Shown in pieces: positions 44,774 to 53,533 of a stretch of DNA of 64,000 nt. The position numbers and the translations under genes are program-made. The notes under the pieces are model-generated. The model searched no databases and was not told the origin of the DNA. It saw only the letters and a program-made list of their open reading frames with translations. Every line of letters begins with the position of its first letter. Within the stretch, counting starts at the first letter, position 1. Source of the DNA: a virus; the IMG/VR virus record IMGVR_UViG_3300002460_000027. One strand, given 5' to 3'.

Positions 44774-44982
44774 TGAGCCCCGACACGCTCTACCTGTGGC
44801 TCCAGGTCGTGTATGCGATTGGAACCCTCACGCTGTTTCCAATGGCCTACCTCGTCTGGCAGATCCGCCGGAACGACCTGCGGCATATCGACGGGAAGCT
44901 GGACGACCTCCGAGAGGGGCTGTCTCGGATTGAGAAGAAGCTGGACGAACACATCCAGTGGCACATGATGCACCGCTCGTAA
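44773..44982 (+). CDS. small TM + coiled-coil protein (holin/XhlA-like candidate)
   Basis: One TM then LRHIDGKLDDLREGLSRIEKKLDEH. Confidence 0.55.
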   Translation: MSPDTLYLWLQVVYAIGTLTLFPMAYLVWQIRRNDLRHIDGKLDDLREGLSRIEKKLDEHIQWHMMHRS

Positions 44983-45047
44983 CGTCCTGACACAGCGGCC
45001 ACCAGCACGTCAGGAAGCTCAGGCCGCAATCGCACTCGTCGCCGTAG

Positions 45048-45197
45048 TCACGCACTTTCATCCCCCGCCTCCTCGATGGGCCGGACCGCGTTCGGCGGCG
45101 CGCCGTGTCCTCGCAAGTCCTCATCGGTCATTGTGCAGTAGGGCCACGTACACGCGAGCAACGTTCGGTGGCACGCGCAGGTTTCAGACTCCGGCAT
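45048..45197 (-). CDS. 49-aa CxCx6CxWPxC peptide
   Basis: Hand translation MPESETCACHRTLLACTWPYCTMTDED...; overlaps the aminotransferase stop. Confidence 0.45.
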   Translation of the reverse strand: MPESETCACHRTLLACTWPYCTMTDEDLRGHGAPPNAVRPIEEAGDESA

Positions 45198-46242
45198 TGA
45201 TCGCCTCCGCCAAGTTGTCCACGTCAGCCTCCGTGTGCGCCGCCATGATGTTGAAGCCCGCCGGGTGGATCAAGTGCCCCCGCGCGGCCGCCGCCTGTAC
45301 GGTGGGGATGTTGGCGTCTGAGGTGGTGTAGTCCCCCACCCCCATGAACCGGGGATGCACCGGCCAGCCCGTGAGGGCTGGGCAGGCTTTCATCAGCCGC
45401 GTTCCCAGCGCCCACATCTTCTCACAGACCCGCTCCGTCCGGTAGACCCGCATCACCTCTTCCGCCGCCGCCAGTCCCGCGCACTCCCCTCCAAATGTGC
45501 TGGACACGTCTACCGCGTACTTCATCAACCGACGCGGCCCCACCACGCACGCGATGGGCCAGCCGTTCCCGAGCGCCTTCCCGTAGCAGGCGAGGTCGGG
45601 CACGAGCTTGTAGTATTCACACGCCCCCCCGATGGCCCACCGGAACCCCGTGACCATCTCGTCCATGATGAGCAGTGCTCCCACGTCCCGGCACCGAGAC
45701 TGGATGCCAAACAAGTAGTCCTCGGGTGGGTGAGAGTCCCGCATCGGCTCAAGCAGGACCGCCGCGACCCGCCCATCAAGATGCCGCCGCCACTCGGGCG
45801 ACCCCCACGGGATGTCGATGAGGTCTGGGCCGGGCAGGTGGGCCTCGTGCCAGCCGTGGTAGCCAATGGAAAGGACCCGCCGCCGGCCGGTCGCGCGACG
45901 GGCGATCAGCATGGCGGCGACCGTCGCCTCCGAGCCGGTCTTGACCCAGCGCACCTGCTCGGGCCAGTGGAGGAGCTGGCAGAGGTCGTCAGCGACCTTT
46001 TCCTCCAGCCGCGTCGGAAGGGGAAACGTCACTCCGAGGTCTATCTGCTCCAGGACCCTATGGTCCACCGCCCCATAGCCCAACCCCACCGCTCCCAGCC
46101 CAGCGATCCAGTCTGTCCATGAGTTCTCTTCGTTTCCGACTATAGTGCCCATCGCCCAGGTGAGCGTCTTGGGGAACGGGGCCCCGCCAAACACATGGTG
46201 GGCTTTGGAGCGGGTTTGGGAGCCGCCTGGGGTGCGCTCCAT
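45184..46242 (-). CDS. class III PLP aminotransferase (GSA-aminomutase-like, nonulosonate/sps-cluster type)
   Basis: PGGSQTRSK, DWIAGLGAVGLGY, VKTGSEAT, GYHGWH, MDEMVTGFR, YGKALGNG (PLP Lys); TAATG start. Confidence 0.85.
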   Translation of the reverse strand: MERTPGGSQTRSKAHHVFGGAPFPKTLTWAMGTIVGNEENSWTDWIAGLGAVGLGYGAVDHRVLEQIDLGVTFPLPTRLEEKVADDLCQLLHWPEQVRWVKTGSEATVAAMLIARRATGRRRVLSIGYHGWHEAHLPGPDLIDIPWGSPEWRRHLDGRVAAVLLEPMRDSHPPEDYLFGIQSRCRDVGALLIMDEMVTGFRWAIGGACEYYKLVPDLACYGKALGNGWPIACVVGPRRLMKYAVDVSSTFGGECAGLAAAEEVMRVYRTERVCEKMWALGTRLMKACPALTGWPVHPRFMGVGDYTTSDANIPTVQAAAARGHLIHPAGFNIMAAHTEADVDNLAEAINAGV

Positions 46243-46511
46243 TACGGTGTCCAGCAGATTTCCTCCACGCGCTGACGGAGCCATTTGACTTCGTCAGTGA
46301 TTGGAATCGGTGCCAGAGATGGCTGCTGAAGCCCCATCGAAGCTATATTCCAGTTAGTCGTTGTACACGTTTGAGGTCCCTGTGTCATACTCATTCCGTA
46401 AAACTGACCCATGCTCATACCATTTAGCCCGCCTAGACTACTGATGGTCTGCTGAAGGCCCACTTGCGATCCATCAAACTCAACAAACTGTCCTGGCTGG
46501 AAGGAAGGCAT
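46242..46511 (-). CDS. hypothetical protein
   Basis: Coupled at both ends; lower GC. Confidence 0.5.
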   Translation of the reverse strand: MPSFQPGQFVEFDGSQVGLQQTISSLGGLNGMSMGQFYGMSMTQGPQTCTTTNWNIASMGLQQPSLAPIPITDEVKWLRQRVEEICWTP

Positions 46512-46512
46512 C

Positions 46513-46932
46513 CTACCGCCCCTTCTTCGAAATCGCCATGTTCACGTTTGGCAGCCGAGCCAGGATATCGGCCATCATTTCCTTGAGGTAGGCCACTTCC
46601 TTCTCGAAGCGGTCCTGCTGGAACTTCATCTGTCCCTCAAACCGCAACTTATCGGCGGCCAGGTTCTCCTGCCGTACCGTCAACGACGTTTCATCTTTTG
46701 CCTGTTTGATCTCAAACTCCTGCCGCTTCTTCTCCAGCCCGATCATGTGCCGGAGTTCCCGCTCCTCCCGTTCGTGTGACTCCGTCTTCTTGGACTTCTC
46801 AATCTCCAGCGTGACGATCTGCTTCTTGAGCGCCACCACTTCGTCAGTCAGTGGCGATACCTTGTCCATGCCACCAAGCTTCCGAAGCGAGTCGATAAAC
46901 GCCTTTTCTTCTTTGCTGGCAATCAGAATCAT
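46513..46932 (-). CDS. coiled-coil hypothetical protein
   Basis: Glu/Lys-rich; SD upstream. Confidence 0.65.
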   Translation of the reverse strand: MILIASKEEKAFIDSLRKLGGMDKVSPLTDEVVALKKQIVTLEIEKSKKTESHEREERELRHMIGLEKKRQEFEIKQAKDETSLTVRQENLAADKLRFEGQMKFQQDRFEKEVAYLKEMMADILARLPNVNMAISKKGR

Positions 46933-47654
46933 GTGGTCCCCCTTTCAAGAGAATTATACACAGGTCCCCCCACCTTGGCCATACGGATGTCATAGGCGCG
47001 GCACTCCACCAACCCGCCCCGGTTCGTCGCCTCGTCTACTTGGTGGAGATCCCACCGGGGCGTCCGGCCCGGACCCGCAATGGACCCCGCCGAGTTCTGG
47101 TGGTGTGGTGTTCCGCGTCGGCACCACTCACACGCCGCCATCACCGCCCGCACGAAGTCTAGCCCCGTCTGGTCGTCCACCGACCAGCGGTAGGTGCCCG
47201 GGAGGTGGTAGGGCTCTCTCAGCGCCCGGTTGGCTCGCATCCAGACCGTCACGTGTTCCCGCTTGATGCCGGTCTCGGCCTCGTCTGCCTCCATCAGCGT
47301 CTCCCGGTCGAAGACCTCTGTGTCCAGCCCGTCCATGCTGAGACAGGTTCCGTAGTAGCCGTGCCGCCATCCAGCCAAGACCTGCCGTCCGACCTCTGCG
47401 TCCCAGAGGGGGCAGTCCGCTGTCACCCGGATGAACCGAGTCACGTCCGGGTGCCGGTTAGCCACCCGCACGAACCGGGTCAGCACGTCCCACTCGGGCT
47501 CCAGTTCGGGCCATGCGACGACAAGCGGGTATCCGAGCTGGGCCACCCGCTTCACGACATGAGCCAGCATTGGCTCACCGTCGATGTCCTTCATCACCTT
47601 TCCCGGGAGCCGCGTCCCCCCGTGGCGTGCTTGGATGACGGCTAGTGTTTGCAT
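46929..47654 (-). CDS. SpsF/PseF-type acylneuraminate cytidylyltransferase
   Basis: VIQARHGGTRLPGKV, DVLTRF, IRVTADCPL, GLDTEVF, REHVT, RWSVDD. Confidence 0.85.
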   Translation of the reverse strand: MQTLAVIQARHGGTRLPGKVMKDIDGEPMLAHVVKRVAQLGYPLVVAWPELEPEWDVLTRFVRVANRHPDVTRFIRVTADCPLWDAEVGRQVLAGWRHGYYGTCLSMDGLDTEVFDRETLMEADEAETGIKREHVTVWMRANRALREPYHLPGTYRWSVDDQTGLDFVRAVMAACEWCRRGTPHHQNSAGSIAGPGRTPRWDLHQVDEATNRGGLVECRAYDIRMAKVGGPVYNSLERGTT

Positions 47655-47809
47655 AGGGATTGTAGACTGTGCGTCCTGTTAGTCGCCTCTGAGCATCGGC
47701 AACACTTACCCCCAACTTGGTTATAGAGATGGCCTTGCCCAGAAGAGGGCCGCCACACACAAACATGTGGGCACTCAGTCCACACAGCAATCTCTAGTTT
47801 GGACTTCAC
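47642..47809 (-). CDS. 55-aa CPHVC...CCRC micro-protein (not in the supplied ORF track)
   Basis: Hand translation from GTG 47809: MKSKLEIAVWTECPHVCVWRPSSGQGHLYNQVGGKCCRCSEATNRTHSLQSLCKH; GTGA coupling upstream. Confidence 0.7.
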   Translation of the reverse strand: MKSKLEIAVWTECPHVCVWRPSSGQGHLYNQVGGKCCRCSEATNRTHSLQSLCKH

Positions 47810-47969
47810 AAGTACAACCCCGTATACACCTTCGCCGTCTTCACCATCTCCTCACACTCGGCTTTCTTCTCCGCCACACCAGGGGACTTCTTCTCAATGA
47901 CAGACGAGTCGCTGAGCGGCTCCGGCGTGGCCGTCGTCACCGTGATGGTCCAGCGCCACACGCGGAAGG

Positions 47970-48365
47970 TCACAACCCCAACTCGAACAGCACGGGGCTG
48001 AACCCCGCCGCCTGAAACGCCTTCTGACTTCGCACGTTCTCGGGAGCAATCTCCGCGAAGATACGAGTGTAGCCAAGCCGCCGGGCTTCCTTAGCCAGCA
48101 GCATGAGGGCCTGTTCCCCGAAGCCCAAGCCCCGAGACGTGGGCGCGATCACGATGGACACCATCCCCTCCCAACTGAGCCGAAGCGTGCCGATCTGGTT
48201 CTCGTTGGCCTCACACACCCAGCGGTGGTCAGACGTCTTGGACCACCAGCGGACGTGTTCCTCCTCCGTGAGTAGCGGGCGACGGCTGGCCCGCCGAGCC
48301 GAGGGCTCGTTCCTGAGCAGGAGGAAGTAGTCTCGGTCGGCGTCGGTGGCGATGCGGAGGTTCAT
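47970..48365 (-). CDS. GNAT N-acetyltransferase, PseH-like
   Basis: LLLRNEP, EHVRWW, IGTLRL, VSIVIAPTSRGLGFG, ENVRSQKAFQAAGF. Confidence 0.8.
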   Translation of the reverse strand: MNLRIATDADRDYFLLLRNEPSARRASRRPLLTEEEHVRWWSKTSDHRWVCEANENQIGTLRLSWEGMVSIVIAPTSRGLGFGEQALMLLAKEARRLGYTRIFAEIAPENVRSQKAFQAAGFSPVLFELGL

Positions 48366-49138
48366 CCAGTCACCCGGTATGGCATCATGGCCGCCTCTAC
48401 CGGCTGGGGCCGCTTGACCCCATCCCCCATCATGGTCTCAGCCAGCCGCACGAGCCGCACGTAGCGTATCAAGTCCTTGGGTCGGAGTGCCGTCGCGTAG
48501 TCTGGGTTCGCCGGGTCAGTGTCGTCCAGCCGGAAGTGGACCTCCAGGATGCTTGCTCCAGCCGCGACCGCCAATGCTCCCGTCAGCACGTTAGCCGTGT
48601 GGTCGGAGTAGCCGTCGAAGCCCAGAGCGATAGCCCGGAGGTTCGCCTGTCCTATCGGGCATGGATAGGCGGAGACGCAATGGAGGTAGGATACCTCTGA
48701 CACGTCTCCCCACATGTACTGCTGGCCCCCGCCCGCCATCCCCGTGCTGATGATGAGCGGCTTGTTATACGTCCTGTATGCCTCCACGAACGCGGTGTCC
48801 CCCGCCTCGAAACTCGCCACCTTGAACCGCTTGACGAGCGGGGCCACGACCTCTATGTCCTCGGGGAGGTACACCGTACACATGAACTCGATCCCCACCG
48901 CGTCACAGTGGGCCTTGAGAAGCGGGAGCTGCTTCTTGTGGACCCGGTAGCGTTCGTAGACCTTCCGGTACGCTGGGGCGTGCCGGCGCTTGGCCACCTT
49001 GCGCGGGCTGGACATGAACTGGAACTTGCAGGCGTCCGCCCCCGCTCGGGCTGCCGCTTCAATAAGCAGGAAGGCTTGCTCCAGGTACCCATCGTGGCAA
49101 GAACCCGCCTCAGCGATGACAAAGGTGTGCAGGCTCAT
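48362..49138 (-). CDS. neuB: NeuB/PseI-family nonulosonic acid synthase (no SAF domain)
   Basis: FVIAEAGSCHDG, GADACKFQ, FKVASFE, KPLIISTGMA, LHCVSAYP, GYSDHT, GASILEVHF. Confidence 0.9.
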   Translation of the reverse strand: MSLHTFVIAEAGSCHDGYLEQAFLLIEAAARAGADACKFQFMSSPRKVAKRRHAPAYRKVYERYRVHKKQLPLLKAHCDAVGIEFMCTVYLPEDIEVVAPLVKRFKVASFEAGDTAFVEAYRTYNKPLIISTGMAGGGQQYMWGDVSEVSYLHCVSAYPCPIGQANLRAIALGFDGYSDHTANVLTGALAVAAGASILEVHFRLDDTDPANPDYATALRPKDLIRYVRLVRLAETMMGDGVKRPQPVEAAMMPYRVTG

Positions 49139-49845
49139 ACCACCCCCGGCTTCTGTGTGTCCCACATGCCACACTTCTGGCATTGGAGCCGCTGGGCCCG
49201 CCCGCCCGCCTTCGTGATGGTGAACCCGCGCCGCTGGAACGCCGTCCCGCCGCACGCCCGGCACGACCCCCCCAGCCCCACCCGTGGGTGCTGGCGGACG
49301 AACGCCCGGAGCTTGAGATAGCACCACTCCAGGATGTCCACGTCCAGCCGGCAATGGTCGATGACGTACCGCATAGACTTGGGGTCCCCGCGCTGGGCCC
49401 GTCGCCACGTGTCAGCCCGCACGGGGGTCTTGGAGTAGGGGCAACCCAGCGACTCACTCACGGCTTGGAGTCGGTTACTGTGCAGCTTGAGGTTGCCACG
49501 CGCCGTGTAGTAGAGGTCCACGTGCTCGTGAGACAGCGGGGGGAGCGGGGAGAGCCCGCACATCAACATCCGCGTGTTGAGGAACTTGCGGTCAAACTCT
49601 TTACCATAGTACGTGACAATGATGTCCGCTCGGTTGGTCAGCAGGTCGTTCACCCGCACGAGGAGGTGGGCGTCTGGCTCCTCTTCTTTGGGTGGCTCCG
49701 GGAAGTCCCGGAGACTCAGGACTCGTGTTTGCTTGTCCCCGAGGTACTTGTAACCGAAGCACAGGGTATGCCCGAACGAGGCTTCGAGATCCGAACTCTC
49801 GATGTCGAAGAGCATGACACGAACCGGGTCGAGAAGGTTTCTCAA
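49135..49845 (-). CDS. DnaQ/PolB-type 3'-5' exonuclease (RNase_H_2-like) with C-terminal zinc ribbon
   Basis: LFDIES, VTYYGKEFD, HVDLY, HCRLDV, CRACG...QCQKCG. Confidence 0.85.
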   Translation of the reverse strand: MRNLLDPVRVMLFDIESSDLEASFGHTLCFGYKYLGDKQTRVLSLRDFPEPPKEEEPDAHLLVRVNDLLTNRADIIVTYYGKEFDRKFLNTRMLMCGLSPLPPLSHEHVDLYYTARGNLKLHSNRLQAVSESLGCPYSKTPVRADTWRRAQRGDPKSMRYVIDHCRLDVDILEWCYLKLRAFVRQHPRVGLGGSCRACGGTAFQRRGFTITKAGGRAQRLQCQKCGMWDTQKPGVV

Positions 49846-50063
49846 CGGTCTCCCTTCGCCTTACGGGCGTTCTTGATCGCGAGTTCCAGGTACGGCTTTA
49901 ACTCTCCTACCATGCGGAAGCACTTGGGCCCGAGGATCACGTCTGCCTCCGACAACTCCAAGCGTATCACAACGTGCCCTTGGGCTTCCAGGTCGGCCAA
50001 CTCCGGCCACTCGGACACGGGCGGGTAGGCCACGATGGTCAGCGGCTTGGGCGTCTTACCCAC
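49842..50063 (-). CDS. hypothetical protein
   Basis: Coupled to the exonuclease; DVILGPKCFRM. Confidence 0.55.
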   Translation of the reverse strand: MGKTPKPLTIVAYPPVSEWPELADLEAQGHVVIRLELSEADVILGPKCFRMVGELKPYLELAIKNARKAKGDR

Positions 50064-50147
50064 AGAGGGCCCGCACGGCGGCGTTCCATTCGTCTGGATG
50101 GAGAGTCTCGTACCAGATCACTTCGTAGAGATAGGCACACCAGAGGG

Positions 50148-50729
50148 TCATGGTGTCTCCGTGAGGGCCGCCTTGACGACGGGGTAGCCCCACACATCTG
50201 CACTGTGGCAAACGTCACCAGTTGTTTTGGCGAGCAGCCGAATCGCCTCCTGCGCCGAGGTGAGGTCGGCCTTATACTTCTCAATGACATGACGAAATTG
50301 TCGAGCTGACGCCGGGCCAACTGCAACAGCCACAGCAGACTCAATCTTCTCGGCATCGAATATGGGCGCGCACACAGGACATGGCTCCGTCCTCTCCTCC
50401 CGCAGCGCGGCGGCGGCGAGGGCGCACTCAATCGTCAGATCGTTGAGCACGTCGTCTAAACACGCGAGCGCATACCGCTGTTTGTCATCTCCGACGCCGG
50501 GTGACAGCTCAACGTGCCGACTGTGTCGCATGACAATCTGGCGGCTATGTTCCCACATCGCCGCCTCGCGGGCGGAGAGGGCGCGGGCGACTTTCTGAAG
50601 CGCAGGGAAGTAGTATTGAGAGTCCCTGCTGGCCGCAGACATCGTTGTCCCGATGTGACATCCAAAGATGTAGGCACTGAACGCCACCCCATCATCGGTA
50701 CGGGTGACGTATTCCTTGGCCTTCTTCAT
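50148..50729 (-). CDS. hypothetical protein
   Basis: ATGA coupling at 50729. Confidence 0.5.
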   Translation of the reverse strand: MKKAKEYVTRTDDGVAFSAYIFGCHIGTTMSAASRDSQYYFPALQKVARALSAREAAMWEHSRQIVMRHSRHVELSPGVGDDKQRYALACLDDVLNDLTIECALAAAALREERTEPCPVCAPIFDAEKIESAVAVAVGPASARQFRHVIEKYKADLTSAQEAIRLLAKTTGDVCHSADVWGYPVVKAALTETP

Positions 50730-51211
50730 CGCAGCGACTCCAGCATGAGTTCGAGGATCATGTTTTGGGCAGCCCTCGCGGTGGTCCACGCGGCGTCCCT
50801 CGCGGCGACCCTCGCGGCGGCCCTCGCGGTGGTCCACGCGGTGGTCCACGCGGTGGCCAGTTCCTGGTCTGTCGCCTCACCACGAAGCCACCACTGTCCC
50901 AATGCCGCCTCGCCGCACACTAGCGCGAACTCGTGCAGGATCGCCGTCGCGTCCGCCATCCAGAGGACCGTGCGGTGCCGCGCCACGCTTTTGTCGATGT
51001 CATGCTGAATCTCGCCATACAGCCGCACGCGGCAGATCACCGGCCCCGGCGCGTACTCGAGCGCGTCAATCGCCCGACGCGAGGCGTGCATGCCGTTCCG
51101 GCACATCCTGAGCGGCCCCTCGGCGGTGTAGGTTTCGCCGGCTTTGACGACTTCCTTCGTGCCGAACCTCAGCCGCTGATCTTCCGCCAGCCAATGCCAC
51201 CCGAGCATCAT
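50726..51211 (-). CDS. conserved phage hypothetical protein (C..GMHAS...AL.YA type) with AW/AAR repeats
   Basis: MCRNGMHASRRAIDALEYAPG; TAWTTAWTTARAAAR repeats. Confidence 0.65.
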   Translation of the reverse strand: MMLGWHWLAEDQRLRFGTKEVVKAGETYTAEGPLRMCRNGMHASRRAIDALEYAPGPVICRVRLYGEIQHDIDKSVARHRTVLWMADATAILHEFALVCGEAALGQWWLRGEATDQELATAWTTAWTTARAAARVAARDAAWTTARAAQNMILELMLESLR

Positions 51212-51237
51212 CTTCCCTCGCCCGACGCGCGGGGGTG

Positions 51238-52200
51238 TCATACGCCCTCCTCCGGCACACTCTCACACAGGTTCCGCAACGTCGCCACGTCCAATCCCGG
51301 CGCGGCATCAGACGTGCGAGCCCCGGGGGTCACCAAGGGCTCGTTCGCCCACGCCGGCTTGTCCGTCCACGGGTGGAAGAAGGGCGGCACGATGCTGACC
51401 CGGCCGACGTCCACGGCCCGCTCGGACTCCTCAGCGGTCAAGAGCGTCTCGTGCCGTTTCTCCCCACCCGGGCGCGGGCCGGTGTCTACCCACGACATCC
51501 CGGGGCGGAGCGCTTCGGCCAAGTCAAGCATCCGGGCGGCGGGCAGGTGCGGGACGAAGATCTCCCCGCCCTGCATGTCCTGGATCGCGTCCGTCACGAA
51601 CTGGACTGCTTGGGGCATGGTGATGATGAAACGGGTGGCGAGGGGGTCCGTGATGGTCAGCGGCAGCGGCTGGGCCCGCCACGTGTGGACGACCGAGCCG
51701 CGTGACCCCAGCACGTTGCCGTACCGGAGCACGCTGGAGAGGGTGCCGCTCGGGGCTCCGTAGGTGTTGTAGGCCACTGTCATCCACTCGGCTTGGGCTT
51801 TGGAGACGCCGTAAGCGTTCGTAGCATAGCACGCTTTGTCCGACGATATAAGCAGCACACGGCGGACATCAGCGAGGTGTGCGGCTCTGAGCACGTTGCG
51901 AGTTCCGAGTACATTAGTCTGAAATACCTCGTCAGGGTCACGGGCCACGCTGTCAACACGCTTGAGAGCCGCCGCGTGTACCACCGCATCAACTGGAGCA
52001 AATGCCAATGTGAGCCGGTCTTGGTCACGGACATCTCCTAGGAAGAAGTCCACACGCGGGTCGGGGATCGCCGCCCGCATCTGGGCTTGCTTCAGTTCGT
52101 CTCGGGACAGCACGACCACGCGCCAGTCGGTTGTGGCGAGCACGTGGCGGGTGAGCGCGTGGCCGAGAGAGCCGGTGCCGCCCGTGATGAGGAGTCTCAT
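51238..52200 (-). CDS. pseB: UDP-N-acetylglucosamine 4,6-dehydratase, PseB/FlaA1-like
   Basis: ITGGTGSLG, GDVRD, HAAALKRV, SSDKA, YGVSK, RYGNVLGSRGSV, ITDPLATRF, GGEIFVP, RPGGEKRHE. Confidence 0.9.
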   Translation of the reverse strand: MRLLITGGTGSLGHALTRHVLATTDWRVVVLSRDELKQAQMRAAIPDPRVDFFLGDVRDQDRLTLAFAPVDAVVHAAALKRVDSVARDPDEVFQTNVLGTRNVLRAAHLADVRRVLLISSDKACYATNAYGVSKAQAEWMTVAYNTYGAPSGTLSSVLRYGNVLGSRGSVVHTWRAQPLPLTITDPLATRFIITMPQAVQFVTDAIQDMQGGEIFVPHLPAARMLDLAEALRPGMSWVDTGPRPGGEKRHETLLTAEESERAVDVGRVSIVPPFFHPWTDKPAWANEPLVTPGARTSDAAPGLDVATLRNLCESVPEEGV

Positions 52201-52384
52201 CTGGATACGCTGAACCAACATGGAGAAAGTCCCCATACTCTTATAGTATTCCGTACGTTCTCACACTCTGCTTGTGTGTCAAATGGACCCACAACCGTAG
52301 CTGGCGCTCCCCCACCAAACAGCCCTCCTGAGTTGCCAGGGATAAGAAACCACCAAGCCAAGACGATAATTAGTCTGAGCCTCA

Positions 52385-53398
52385 TCACAGCCACACATGC
52401 CCCCCATCCGGCAGCACCTGCCCCCACGTTGCCGGGCAGGTGAACGGATGCCCCCAAAACGTCCACTCCCGTTCAACCAGCCCCCGGAGGGTCGCGTGTG
52501 CGAGGTCCGGGGAGATACGGTCTGGAAACCCGACCTCCGCCCCGTCATGCCGGTTGACCACCAGCCAGCACTCGGGGAGGACCGCTGTCAGCCCGATCAG
52601 CGTGAGGTTCATCATGTCTGAGACCGTGGCAGAGATGGTGTGCGACCAGCCTTCCTTGGCGCGGGCACGACGATCACCAGACAGCCTTCTAAGTCGCCCG
52701 AACCCGGAACGAGCCAGACCCGTGTCAGCGCAAGACTGCTGCGCGGCCATTTTGGCGGCCACGAACCGTGGCTTAGCGCGGAGATAGGCCTTACCAAAGT
52801 CCTCAAGCTCTCGCCGGGTATAGCCAAGTTTCTCTACCCCCTTGGCATTGAGGATACCACGGTGGTCCTCCGCATACAAGAGGGCGTAGCGGGCCGTCTT
52901 GGCCATGTGACGCTGGGCGTCGGTCACGGGCGGCTCGACGTTGAACATGCGGCAGGCCGTCAGCGTGTGGACGTCGGCCCCGGAGGCGAAGGCGTCCAAG
53001 TCTTCCTGGTCTTGGCAGTAGGTGGCGGCGAGTCGGGCTTCGACGGCTTGCCAGTCGAACGTGAGCCAGTAGGTTCCGGGATCTGGCACGAGCACGCCCC
53101 GAACATCTCGCGGGCACCAGGTATCCTCCACGTGCGGCAACTGGCACACGGACAGATCATGCCGTGGGAAGTTGGTAAGGGGGGGACTAGTAGTACTCCA
53201 CCGTCCTGAAGCCTGGGCAGTAGGGAGCATGAGTGGGTAGATACGGTCCCGTTCGGCCAGATCAGCAACATAGCGTCGTATCCCCTCTAGTTCTGTGTGG
53301 GCCAGCCTAGCGTCCAGCACGTCCGAGATGACCCCATGCCGCCGGAGGGCCTCAAGGGTGTCGGCCTCAACGCTGTGGGGCGGGCGGCGCTTGGGCAT
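52385..53398 (-). CDS. polA: DNA polymerase family A, polymerase part (repeat copy)
   Basis: Same as 890-1903. Confidence 0.9.
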   Translation of the reverse strand: MPKRRPPHSVEADTLEALRRHGVISDVLDARLAHTELEGIRRYVADLAERDRIYPLMLPTAQASGRWSTTSPPLTNFPRHDLSVCQLPHVEDTWCPRDVRGVLVPDPGTYWLTFDWQAVEARLAATYCQDQEDLDAFASGADVHTLTACRMFNVEPPVTDAQRHMAKTARYALLYAEDHRGILNAKGVEKLGYTRRELEDFGKAYLRAKPRFVAAKMAAQQSCADTGLARSGFGRLRRLSGDRRARAKEGWSHTISATVSDMMNLTLIGLTAVLPECWLVVNRHDGAEVGFPDRISPDLAHATLRGLVEREWTFWGHPFTCPATWGQVLPDGGHVWL

Positions 53399-53533
53399 GG
53401 ACGGTCTGTTGGGTACAGTTCCAGCATGTAGCAGCGGTTTCTGGCTTGATGAGTACCCACCCATATGGCCACGAGTTCCACTCCCGGCCGAGCGGTATCA
53501 CGTGCCCACAAGCATACACGTTCCCGGCCAGGG

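Noticed and set aside
45184-46242. hemL (tetrapyrrole synthesis) call
   Set aside because: Same fold, but the context with SpsF, NeuB and PseB-like genes favours a sugar aminotransferase; no gene symbol assigned.
46953-46981. Minus-strand promoter (TATAAT at 46958-46953)
   Set aside because: Perfect -10 but no credible -35 or TGn extension.
50770-50865. Short tandem DNA repeats (gtccacgcggtg / ccctcgcggcg)
   Set aside because: Explained by the AW/AAR low-complexity tail common in this protein family.
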